From Hydrolagus colliei (taxonomy: Eukaryota), in NCBI GenBank assembly GCA_035084275.1, contig CM068755.1, positions 12,214,001-12,278,000 of the forward strand: a stretch of DNA of 64,000 nt. The letters are read 5' to 3'. The notes below the pieces were generated by a model. The model did not search any database. It was not told where the DNA came from and saw nothing but the letters and a program-made list of their open reading frames with translations. Made by a program: the position numbers and the translations under genes. Shown in pieces: positions 13,715 through 25,390 of this stretch. Positions within the stretch are counted from its first letter, which is position 1, and every line of letters starts with the position of its first letter.

Positions 13715-13862
13715 AAATAATTGTCTAATTCTCTTGAATTTTTGATGCGGTCTACTCTAGGGAATCTATTTCACAAAGTCACCACTCTCACCAATAAAAG
13801 TATTAAAATCTGCAGTCTGTCACTGTATTGGGCTATAAGTCCATTTCCTCTTGTTCTATTCG
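13715..13862 (-). mobile_element. CR1 LINE 3' fragment, old
   Basis: tctaattctcttgaa..agggaatctatttcacaaagtcaccactctc..cctcttgttcta is the antisense of the TRG..RVV..WN.LP region. Confidence 0.55.
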
Positions 13863-14059
13863 CAGCTAAACTTCACACGACAAGAACTCCCACTTTAGAA
13901 GAATCAGTTTAGATTGGGAATAAACAATGCTAAACCAAGGAAAGTAGAAAAGCATTTTGTGTGATTACAATATCAACATAAATCACTAAAGTATTTTGCA
14001 GTACCCGTACATCATTTGGCATACAGTGATGACACATCACTGTCTGCATGGGTTATCTA

Positions 14060-14225
14060 AGAGGAAACTTGGTGAACATATGATAGAGAGGAATATGGGA
14101 GAGTGTATTAGGATGGTGGAAGGCACTAGCATGGACTAATTGGGCCTAATAATAATCTATACATTTGATATAGTGTGCTATCAAGTCTTCAAAATGTCTC
14201 AAAGCTCTTCACAGAGTATACGGGT
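14060..14225. mobile_element. CR1 3' UTR remnant (+) abutting a SINE tail (-)
   Basis: agcatggactaattgggcct followed by taataataat..catttgatatag..gtctcaaagctcttcacag. Confidence 0.6.
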
Positions 14226-15116
14226 CTGTTTCTGTAGAGCGTTCTGTGTAAGACAAATGGTTATAATAAATCTAGTCAGAATTTACCTACTTTGTGGTAA
14301 TTTAATATTAACTGGTTTTATAAACTTGTCCAAAGTCATATAAAAGAGGAATGAACCAAACCAATGCAAGTAATTTATACAGTTTGTGAAGGTTGGAGGA
14401 AGAAGAAAAAGTAGTGTATAAAATAAATCCGAGAACATGAGAAGTTGAACCACCATCAAATGTTTCTCTCCAATGTTAAGATGTTATAGCTGAAATTTCA
14501 AATGTTAAATAAGCCATAAATGCGTCTTAACCTGGTGTAAGTACCTGCTGGGTGAGTGAGTGCATTCCCGAGCAAAGCAATAAATTCACTTGAAGGAACC
14601 ATGTTTTCATTCTGGTTAAACACAACAAGCATTTTTTATTAAAGGATGACTTCTTTGAGTCTCTCTGCATGGCGACTTTATCAAAGTATTGAATTTTTAA
14701 ACAAATCACTTTGATCTCACCGCGGCATTTCTTATTTCCTCCCTTTTAGTCCTGGATAATGTCTTTGTTTAGTTATATTTCCTTTAATTTCCCGCCCACC
14801 CCTCACCTCCCTTGTTATTATAGCAGCTGTTCCTTAGGTACGTTTCACCCCTTCCATCTGCAAGTTTTGTTTCCATTGCAACAATTTTGTATGCCTTTCG
14901 AAGCACAGATTAATATCTGCATGTATTATTAATGTTATCGCTTTATCTCTGGGCAGTCTCCTTTATCTTTTGAATCTGCCCTATTACTTTTGCCTTCTCA
15001 CACAGCTTCTAATGATAATTATCTATTTTTTTTTGCTCAGTTTCCCTTCCTCTGCAGTATTTCTGACATTCATTTCCAGGTGACTTCGGTGAAATCTTAA
15101 AGTTCCTTTGGAATTG

Positions 15117-15421
15117 TAATAATAATTAATCCTGAACCCAGCAACTTTCATGTCAGCAGGGTGTCTCAAAGTGCTCCAAATGATTTTACGCAATGTTAAG
15201 TGTGGTGACTGCATCTGTAAACCAGCCCAGTTGTGCACAGCAATAACCCACAAACAGCCATGACATTATTAAGCAATTTTATCTGGTGAGTTGTAGCCAG
15301 CTGCGAACAACTGGCTGCCAGATTTTGCCCACAAAATATGCAGTCAATCCACTTTATAGTATGTTCTGTGAAGCGCTTTGAGCGCTTTGAAGGAGCCTTA
15401 TCAAATTCAAGGATTATTATT
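15117..15421. mobile_element. Two SINE 3' halves in inverted orientation (- 15117-15300, + 15301-15421)
   Basis: Left: gtctcaaagtgct..ttgtgcacagcaataacccacaaacagc. Right: tggctgcc..cagtcaatccacttt..tgtgaagcgctttgag..aaggattattat. Confidence 0.75.
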
Positions 15422-16974
15422 TTTATTAAATTTAACTCCAGGAATGAACAATTTATTGGCTACAAATCTGTTTGTTTTATAGGACATCTGTAGGCAAATA
15501 AAGTGGCTGCTTCACTTGTTGCTTTGTTCATTGTCTTGCATTAAGTGTTTGCCTCCAAGGTTACAGGAGTAAGTTAGAAGGTGAGTTAACTATGAAACAT
15601 TACTTTTGTAAACTCTGATTTGTAAAGCGTTTTCACAATAAATCACGTTTGACATTTTGAAAGTTTTTTTTCTAACTGCACAATGTTAAATGTTTATAGG
15701 AGCAAAACACTTGAGCAGAAGAGCATATTTTCCCTGGGTTTTAAATGCTCGTGGCTTGAAGTATTCCCTAGCCACCTGAGGACAGTGTCTTTTTGCTAGC
15801 CTTGCGTTTACCTCTAACCCATTTTCCACTTGAGTTCCTTAATAAAACTCAGAATGGTACATAACTGGAGGAGCACAGCTTCTTAAATACAAGATGGCAT
15901 TCAGCAGAAGCTCGAGAATGTCTCCACGGCCCTCAAATGTTAAAAGCTCAGTGTTGTCCCAGTTTGTTATTATATATGGTCTAATTTGTTGTGAGGTGGG
16001 TCGTGATCACTTAGGGCTAAGAGGCCTGTGCCTTGATGTGTTTTCCCATGGGGTTAGAGGTAGATGATGTCTACAGAAAGTGTTTCTTTAGAATCTATTA
16101 CAGAGGATGCCTGTTATGTCGTGCTTCCAGCACAAATTTAAAATTGAGGCAATAGTCCTCGCGAGGGTCAAGATTTATCTTTTGCGGAATTTACTTTCCC
16201 TGAATTTGCTTGCATATTTTTGGTTATTCAAACTAATGTGGATTTTTTAAAAAAAATTGAAAATCTAGCCATCTGCAGATCAATGATCAATAAGCACTCT
16301 GAGATGCCATCCAGTGTGGAGAGCGCTATATAAATTCAAGTTGTTGTTGTGTATGATGTCTTAGTGCAAAACAGCATGGATGCTGTAAAGTAATATTGAA
16401 ATGGATATGAGTGAACCAGGTTAAGTTTAATGGAAATTGGCTCGCTTCAGTTTGATTTGAAGTAGCCTGCAAAATTCCATTGTTAATCTGAGTTTTATTG
16501 CTACCACAGTGCAAAAGTGCCAGATATTTTAGATTCATTCCAAAAAACACAAAGTAAGTAAGATGAGGAATTGCAGTTGAACCTTGCACCCTCAAAAGGC
16601 TCCACAACTAGTGCTTAAAATCATTGGCGGCTTCTTATATACGTCCTTGGGCGGTCTGATGATAACTTCTTGTTCTCAGTTCCCCGTTTGACTGAGTCCA
16701 GCTTTAAAGTTCAGTTGATGATTGCCTTTGTTGGCAGACGGACCAGATATGTTTGCCTGACAGACACACTTGACTTTCTGTCACCAATTTCCAGCCTTCA
16801 ACCAATGTGATTTTAGGCTCCTACCCAACGGCCAAAATCAGTTGCCGTGCACTCCAGTTGCACTTTGTTCTGATCAGTTGTCATATTGTAATTTTGCGGA
16901 ATAAGAGAAAGTCTTGCAAAGAATGTGCTGTGTGTGTAAGATATTTTAATCTTCCTATAGTTTTGAGAATGGTG

Positions 16975-17412
16975 TTTGCTTGGATCAATGTGCTTAAAGT
17001 TATAAAAGGGTTTAATAATGTTGACATATATAGTTTCTTTCCATTGGTTAGGGAGTCCATGAACACTACTTCATGCAAAAGGTAATGAAATTGCAGAATT
17101 TGCCATCAGCAACTCCTAATCCCCACCCTCCCTACCCCCCACCCGTCCCCAGCTTGGGTCTGAAACAGTGACTGTCCAGCGCTTTGGGGCATCCTAATGT
17201 GAAAGGCACTATATAAGTGTAATTTTGCTTTTGTTGTTGTTGCTGCCGGAAGTGGTGGTTGAATCAAATACAAGATGAAACTAGACCTTCACATGACTGC
17301 AAGGGGAATAAAGGGTTATAGTATGAATGGATGGAAACTCGCAAGGAACATAAAGACAACTGTGTGGATGGTTGGGCTGAATGACCTGTTATCATTGTAG
17401 TATTAATTCTTA
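16975..17412 (+). mobile_element. CR1 3' end interrupted by a younger L2 tail (~17110-17245)
   Basis: Encodes ..LKVIKGFNNVD..FFPLVRES.. and resumes ctgccggaagtggtggttgaatca..gggctgaatgacctgtt. The insert is a C-rich tract + cagcgctttgggg..gtgaaaggcactatataag..(ttg)n. Confidence 0.7.
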
Positions 17413-20034
17413 GTTGTACAAATAAATATTATAAAACTACATTTAAACTCTGAATTTATTCCATTTTGGAAGTGGAAGCAACTTTGAAAAGGTTGTGTTT
17501 TGTCTAAAGCTTCAAAGAGCATTTATTTTAATCTAATCAAATGGCAAAAAGCAAAAGAACTAATAACACAATCCATTCAATCTATGATTTGTAGAAAAGG
17601 TATTTTGGTGGATAGAGAAGCCCATCAGCAAATCTAGGAACTGCTAGGATGAGAATGAGATTAAATAGACTACATACAGGATTTGTTACCAAAGGACTCG
17701 TAAAGATTACCACCAGGCTGAACTACTGGAACAAGTTGTTTTCTACAATTCGTTGTGAAGCTTTTCAAGAGTTGGTTGCTTGTAAATGTTCAAATGAAAG
17801 ATGGTGATGTGCAGCAAGTTAATTATCCCCTGTGATAATTATTGTGTTATTGTTGAATACAAGGATACTAAATATTGTATCTGGACTGTTGAGTGTGGCA
17901 TCTCTTTTCCTCCTCCACATCCAATTGCAAGAGCTACATCCAGTGTTATGCTTCTGCCGAATGGAATGTGACACTAATCTTGAGGTCACAAGTTGAGTGG
18001 TGAATCTCATCTAGTTATATCATGTAATTATTGCCTGATGTGTTCAAGAACATATTTTTTCCTTTGGTTTGCCACTGCTCTGCGAGCTTGCTTTATATGG
18101 AGGGCATTGTCTTGTGTACAGAATGACGTTTGATCTGATTTCATCTGATTCACTTGATCCGATTTTGGTGATTTTGCATTGCTCATGCTGAGGCTAGTTT
18201 GCGTTTCATTAGGCAGGTGCTGGGATCTAATTTGCGAGTTCTGTAAACCATGTGTAAACGTGTGTGTAGAGAGGGGGGATTACGGTTTACCCTTAATTAT
18301 GCAATTAGCGCCCAATGAAAAGGATTAACGATTGTTAATATAGCTAAGGGAGCCAGTAATCCTTCTCGTGCTTAAACATGCTTAACACAACACGCAAATT
18401 AGATCAGAGTTTGTGAGGATTTCATGGAGAGGGAAAAAAAGCATTTCCACAAGACAAATCTCAATCTAGGAATCTTCCATTAAAATCCCAAGAAAGAATG
18501 ATTCTATACCCACTGTGCTGGGATTTCATTCAAGAAACGGATCATTCTTGAAGTATTAAGACACAAGTGTTTGGGTTCCATTTCAACAGAAAGGATGCGT
18601 GACCAGTGTGCTCCTCTCCCTGTTTCTGTGAAATAAATTTGACTTTATATTTAAAGCAAAAGTGGATTCAAGGTTAACCTGAATAGGACAAAGGGCAAAG
18701 GAAACCAACACATTGTAAGAAATTTGTAGAGGCATTGAGATAGAGCTGAGACTAGGATAGATAGCTTCAATATAGGTTCAGTAAGGTGTAAAGGTTTCCT
18801 TTGCTAATATTTCTGTGCTTCTACAATTCATAACTGACAGGGTTCTTTCCTACCTCAACGATTAACATCTGGTTGAAGAGATTTAAATTTAGCTTCAGAA
18901 GGAAAGGATGAGATACCACTATCCTACAGCAGTGATATTGTTGCAAGCAGCATGTGTGCTGTGGTTTTGGTAGCTTTAAAAGGATTTCAGACGATTGAGG
19001 AAACAACATTACCTTGTTTATAACACTAACCTGTGTCTGCTGATTAAAATTGCTGGTCTGCTGAAGATGGGGAATACTGATGCATTCAGCTTGCGGGACG
19101 CTAAACAACTAGGTATTTGCCCCATTTACTCTCCTGGGGCGGAATTCAAAGCAGAAGTGGCAACATCTGCGTCTCCCATCCCTGCCAAAATCTTGGTAAT
19201 TTGCCACAGAAACAAACAAATAAGTTGCCTGTGGCAAATGGTGATTCAGCCATTTGTATGTTTTCCTGTGTGTTGATATGATCTTGAACTGTCTTTTCAC
19301 TGGGCAATGGAAATATTATTCAGTCTGTCTGTCGAATTTCTTAAATACCATCTGCAGGGCAAGGTTCATTCAGAGTGACTCTTTCACATGGGTGCATTTT
19401 ACTGCTTTGTAGCACCAACGTGTTAAGTGCTGAAGTGGTCACCCCTTGCTGCTTTGAGCAACTCATCGCTAATCTGCCACTGACAAGCATACGTGTTTGT
19501 ATGACTGACATGAGTCTTTTGGTAAAGGAAACTTAAATATTATGGTTTGCATAGAGCATTGTGCTTTCAATCTCTGAGATGTAGGTTCACATCCAGACCA
19601 GGTTAATGGGTTATTTCGAAATGATCCCCAACACACAACATGTACACTAGGTTGCAGTGGAAATGGAAGCAACAGTATATTAAAAACAAAATTAACATAC
19701 CTTTGTTACATATGTGAAATAGGTATTTTATTTCTTCCCACTTCCCACTTCTTTTAAACCTTTTTTTGGCGCCCTATTTCAAGTCTCTGTGCAAAGCACC
19801 ATTCCCTGTAGGAAAAGGTGGACAAGCAGCTTGCTCCTAGGCCTCTCCTAATGCTGCTTTTGAGATGGTCGCTGGGAAGTGCATGCACTGAGTGTGATGT
19901 GACTAGAGAGTCACCTTCATCTCTGTGGGAAAGCACTTAGCCTCCTCTTGGCAGCTCCCTGAAGATAGAGAAGAGTTTGGGAGCTTGGCAAATGGAGATT
20001 TTCTTTTGGCACTTGTAATTTGCAAGTTCATAGT

Positions 20035-20245
20035 ATGTTCAAGCAGATTTGAGATTAAAAGCCAATGGAAAAAATACAGAGGAGGGAGAGAATGTGGAAC
20101 TTGCTGCTGGATGTTGTGGTTGAAGAGGAAAGTATCAATGTATTTTAGAATAAACTTGATGCAAGCAAGAGAGGGGATTAAGAGGGATAAAGGCTAACCT
20201 TGCATGGACTTGTTGGGCCCAATGATCAGTTTCCATTGCAACAGT
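20035..20245 (+). mobile_element. CR1 3' end, old
   Basis: aatgtggaacttgctgc..gtggttgaagaggaaagtatcaatgtatttt..gcatggacttgttgggcccaatga. Confidence 0.65.
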
Positions 20246-20874
20246 TTAGTTAACTGTACGTAATCCTAGGTGCCCTAAAGGTGATAACAGATTGTTTAGA
20301 GATGGGAGAGCATTGATTCAGAATAGAGGTTGTAAAGGAGTCTGGGAAACAGTGTATCTAGCTTTTATTTTGACACAGGCTACATTGAAGTGTTGTTTCA
20401 CATTGGAGTCAGTACGAAATCTTTCTTCTGTGGGCAGTAATGCATTCTGTTGTAAAGTAGTGTTTTCATCTTGTTGTGTTGTTCGATCAGAAAGTGAGAA
20501 GAAACCCAGCATGAGGCAGGCTTCTGCTGTCAGTTGTATTTTGCACATAGAGCTACAAGTGTAAACTTGTCCTGGAGGTTTGTAGGGAATCTTTACTCAA
20601 CTCCACAGCATTAACAGCACGCTGCCCATTCTCACTCTCAGCAAACGGCAGACAGTGTTTCATGCATGGTTGCCACTGATGCCCAGCTGTTGTTCATGGT
20701 TGGGCTGAGGAAACAAACTGTATTTACATTACTGAACTGCATCAAAGCAAATACCAATTCCAAACTGGTGTAGATTCTGTGGAAGTGAATAGGATTAGTT
20801 ATTTTTCAGTTGCCATTTGTGTTGCCATTAGTGCATTATTGCGCTGCAAGCCAAATCCTTCCACAGAAATGAGG

Positions 20875-21062
20875 AATAATAATAATCCTTGCATTTGAAG
20901 TAGTGCTTTTCACATATTCTAGATGTCTCAAAACACTTCACAGAATATGCTGTGAAATTAATTGATTGTATATTTGTGGGCAAAATAATAATAATAGTAA
21001 TCCTTTCATTTGATATAGCGCCTTATCGCATCTTCGAAATGTCTCAAAGTGCTTCATAGAAG
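20875..21062 (-). mobile_element. Two tandem SINE tails (20875-20984, 20985-21062)
   Basis: Each reads (aat)n cctt.catttga..gtctcaaa..cttca. Confidence 0.85.
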
Positions 21063-21291
21063 GACACCCAGTGTGATAGTTATCCCCAATGATAATGTGG
21101 TGATTGTTGTCATGTTATCTGACTTCTGGACATCTAAGCATTTACACATCCTTGAACTTCAACAGTCGCCATTGAATTTGTAACCAGGACTGCATTAAAG
21201 TCCTAGTCATGTTTCAAAAGAGCTTTTTCTTTTTTTCAAAAAAAATGACTATCAATTTATTGAACAAATTTACTTGTTTCTTTGTATTCAG

Positions 21292-21401
21292 GACATGGAG
21301 AAGAAGGGATTAATTGAGAAAATCCACATGGTTCAAGATATTGTCATCTCAGGACAAAACATTCTTGATACAATAGCATCATCTGGAGAAAGAATCAAAA
21401 A
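21292..21401 (+). CDS. MCTP2: MCTP2 exon (110 nt), [36 protein letters not shown](N); ends at a GC donor
   Basis: tttgtattcAG acceptor. EKKGLIE.I.MVQDIV fits MCTP2 better than MCTP1. Ends AA|gcaagt (phase 2), and AA+T from the next exon gives the conserved Asn. Confidence 0.93.
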
Positions 21402-23289
21402 GCAAGTATTGTCACTGTTTTTTAAACTACGTACCACAATTTTACATACATCTCTTTATTGTAACATGATGATAACTTGGTTGATGCTCAATCTCAATGT
21501 AACAGCAGTGTACAAGAATACATTTTATAATTGTCGGTGAGCAGTTAAGTATAGTGAATAAAAAATGGTCTTATCAAAGCATTATTGCTTAGCTCCTTTG
21601 TGAGACAATTTCACATACATTAAAGATCTCTATCACTGTATTCCCTGAATGCTTGTAATGTATTATTTGCGCTGTCTTTTGCATTTCTGAAAAGCAGGTA
21701 GACTGACATGCTACTTCCAATGGCCCTCTCTAACTGCCTATTGAGAGGTGCATGCAAGTCCCCTCTCCTTAGAATCTTACCCAATTTACCATTTGAATGA
21801 AAATGGGAAATAGACAGTTTATCATGTAATGATCTCTTTAAAGTACTGATTTTTTTAAACTTGTTTATAATGATTTGCTGCTTCTTTTGAGTGATTCATG
21901 CATGACAGCTCCTTTTAAATAACCAACTTTGTGTTGGCCTGGTAAACACTAAATCTATCTTGTACTCTATTTCACATGTTGTGTCAAGATGCAGTCACTG
22001 ATTACATCAATACAATTTCTTGTATATTCACCCTGCCCTTCTGAGTGCCCCTGATCTGACCACTTTAGTTAAGTAAAGAATCCAATAAAACACAGTACAG
22101 TAACTTTCAAAATGTTGCAGCAAAACCCATTAGACAGTGGTTCAATATCTCGCTCAGATGATCAGAGCTACATTGGCAGCAAAGTGTGTGCATTGAAGAC
22201 AATTCTTCCAATACAAGAAATAGCTTGCTTATAGTAGGAATTGAGTACTCTTGAAATGAGTTGGATGGGGGGCAGGAATCTACAAAACTAAATAAACTTT
22301 GCTCTTTCCCGATTTCCTTTTAAATGGATCAGTCTCATTTGACTTTGCATTGTTTGCTGTTTGCAAATGATGTTTAAGAGGGAAAGATTTTAACTGGTTA
22401 AGTTTCACCCCAATGTATGCTTTGGGGGTTCCCAAGCCTTAACTCTTGGCAACCTGAACCTAATCCTCTCTAGAATTAGGTGAGCTGGGTTCATCCGTCC
22501 CTGGAGAGAGTGTACATTCTATTCCAGACACAGGGATTTGCATGACAAACATGGTTTGGATACTCTTAAGCATGGTGATGGGTTTCTGCATGTCAGACAC
22601 TCAGATCGGCAAAAACAAAGAGGAAATGTTTTTTTCTCTCATGTTAACTCGGTTTCTTGAATGTGAGAATATAACATATTCTCTATGTGTAGTCCTTTAA
22701 AATCACCATTCACATCATTCGCTGAATGTCTGGGCACACAATAAAACTGCCGGTGATCATATATTGCTGTGAATTAATCAACAAATAAATAGTTTGTGGT
22801 CATTGATTTTGTTCATAATGATGTCTGTTGGTCTTTGTGATTTCCACTACCTTTGTGCAATTTAATGACACCGTAAAAGCCTTTAGCAAAGACTGGAGAT
22901 ATTCCTCAATTAACAAATTTATTCTGTAGGATACGCTAAAGTGTGGTTATTAAATTTGACTGCATGTATATGAATATTCATTGAACCAGCCTCCATCACA
23001 CGTTTAAACATTCATTAGACAATCAATCAGCCTTGTCATAAATTCTGACAATTTATAATTCGTTTGTTGTTCTCAAAAATTGAATTAAGAGAAGGAATTT
23101 TAATTCTCTCTAAAATCATTTGCTTACTTTTTGTGAATCCCACAGTGCATCTATAAATTAACAATGTACCTGACTATTTGAATAACCACAATTTTACCTT
23201 GCCTTGGTGGATCTACAAAATCGAATGTGGATAATTCTATTTACCATCTATGATGAATTAATTTATTTGCGTTTATTTGTGCTTTGAGT

Positions 23290-23868
23290 GTAATTTCTTG
23301 ATGCAACAGCTTTACCTGACATTTCTTTCTGTATCATGGCAACCCTCTGGGAGAGGAAGTTCTTCCGAACTTTACTCCTGGCCACAACCTCAAATTCATA
23401 TCCTCTTGTTCCTGAATTCTCTACTAGCGGAATGAGTGCTTCATGATTAATTCTCGCAAACCCTTTCATTATCTTAAACATCTCTATCATATCACCCCTC
23501 AACCATCGTTGCTCCTACGAGAATAAGCCTAACCACTCTAGCTCTCCTTAAAGCTGTATCCTCTCATATCATCCTTGTGAACCACCACTGTCACCCTCTT
23601 GATGTTTCTTATTTCTGCAATGCAGTACCCAAAACTTAATACAATAAAAGCCCGTTTATCCGGCACCCGATCAACATAACTTCCATACAACCGGCACCTA
23701 AAAAAAAGTCTGCATTCGAGTAACCGGAATTTATCCGGAAAAATACATTATTAAAAAAAATTGTGTGTTTTCGGCCGAATATTCGGCACGCACTTTAACC
23801 GGCATTGGCCAGGTCCCAAGGATGCTGGATAAATGGGCTTTCACTGTACAATATTCCAGCTGTGGCCA
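23290..23868 (-). mobile_element. CR1 LINE ORF2 C-terminal fragment, split by a MITE
   Basis: ORF 23263-23502 RGDMIEMFKIMKGF..TRG..RKNFLSQRV is typical CR1 ORF2. The RPQLEYC..FW motif spans the MITE insertion site. Confidence 0.88.
23642..23846. mobile_element. Tc1/mariner-superfamily (pogo/Tigger-like) MITE, 205 bp, TA target duplication
   Basis: Left TA|caataaaagcccgtttatccggcacc; right ggatgctggataaatgggctttcactg|TA (rc cagtgaaagcccatttatccagcatcc). About 27-bp imperfect TIRs. Confidence 0.88.
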
Positions 23869-24985
23869 AACACATGCGTTTGTCATTGTTTCTTTTCATT
23901 TTCAATGAATGAATGACTTAAATTCAAGGCAATGGTATTTACTATTCTGGATATTCCTGTAGTATAGGGAGTGGCACATGCCTCATTGCTTGGATCCTTT
24001 AAAAATGAACACACAACCAAATTTTTGTATGAGAAATTCTGAGCAGCTTTGAGACTAGATACTGAATCATATTACTTAGTTTAAGAAACTATCGACTAAT
24101 AGGCTATAGGGCACATCACATCATAACACATAAAGAGATACAGAGGTAGAGTGTTATAAAGTGTTATACTAAGTTGACTGTGTCCTTGAGTTTGCAGACT
24201 ATTAGTGAGTGACATGAAACAGTAGTGCAAGCACTGGGTTTCGCTCTGTGCTTACACCAATGCAGTAATTAATTATTGCTTAGTTTATTGACAAACAGAC
24301 AGCCGTCTGCATCCTCGCAGTCATAATGTATTTAGGACGTTCTCTTTAACTCTGTCCCAGGTGCATTGTAGTAGACCTCGAAAGGGTGATAATGAGGCTG
24401 TGAGCATGTTATCTGATGTATTTCCCTGGGGTAACTGGGATTTCAAACAGAAGAAATTAGTATTATGATTCTACCATTGGCAAATGCATATATTAATGTA
24501 AAATGATTAAAGTTTGATTATGCCATGTCACTCTGGGTTTTTAATTAATAAATTAGTTTTATGTGAAATAGGTGCTTTTTTGAGACTGTTTTCATCCTGC
24601 TCTTTGTACAAAAGAGGATTAATTCATCATCAATACAGGACCTACATTTAATGTAGTAGTTCTGTGTTTGCTTTGATAAAATCAGCTTGGTTTCAAACAC
24701 ACAACTTTAATGTGAGAGACGGATGGGAAGAGGAGACTTTCAGTGTTCAGAATATGCACTAGGTTTTACAGTTGAAGACAAATCATGATAGCTGGGACAA
24801 AAAGACATCTTTCCGTCATCTACACTGATAATGAAATAGTCTGTGTCCTTTTAATAATTTCCACCACAATGCTGTAGTTGAATCATTGTTGTAGAATATA
24901 ATTTTGAGCTTTGCAGGGTTACCTTTTGCTGGTGGATGTAGAGAGTGCCAAGCCGGATGCTACCTGTCCTGCAGCATTATAACAA

Positions 24986-25390
24986 TATAATCCTGGCATT
25001 TGATAAAGCACCTTATCATGTTGTCAGAACGTCTCAAAGTACTTCACGGGATTTGCTGCAAGGTGTATTTTGCCTATAAAACACACTACACTCCCCAGCA
25101 TATCTTGTGAAGCACTTGGAGACATTTGATAATAATAAAAGGCTCTATTATCAAACATACAGATTTTTTTTTCAGTGACATAATATTTGTCAGTATACAC
25201 AGCAGCCAATTTATGCACAGCAGTGTCCCATTTATAGATGTGATGTGGAAAAGCATTTTTTTATCTGGGGAAATGTTGCCCGGAGACAAGGAGAAATTAC
25301 CTTTGTCGAATAATGCCATGGGATCTTTAACATCCATTTGAACAGGTTCAAATGGATCAAATTGAACAGGTTCAAATTGAACAGGATCTC
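24986..25390 (-). mobile_element. Cluster of SINE pieces: tail (-), short tail (+, ~25085-25165) and Deu-domain body (-) ending in a triplicated ttgaacagg(ttcaaa)
   Basis: gcagccaatttatgcacagcagtgtccca; aatgccatgggatctttaacatcca (Deu core, antisense). Confidence 0.75.

Noticed and set aside
19548-19612. LF-SINE-like tRNA head fragment
   Set aside because: Too short and diverged to call without a profile search.
25336-25388. CRISPR-like or other regular array (ttgaacagg repeats)
   Set aside because: Three short slippage copies inside a SINE in eukaryotic DNA, with no spacers or cas genes.
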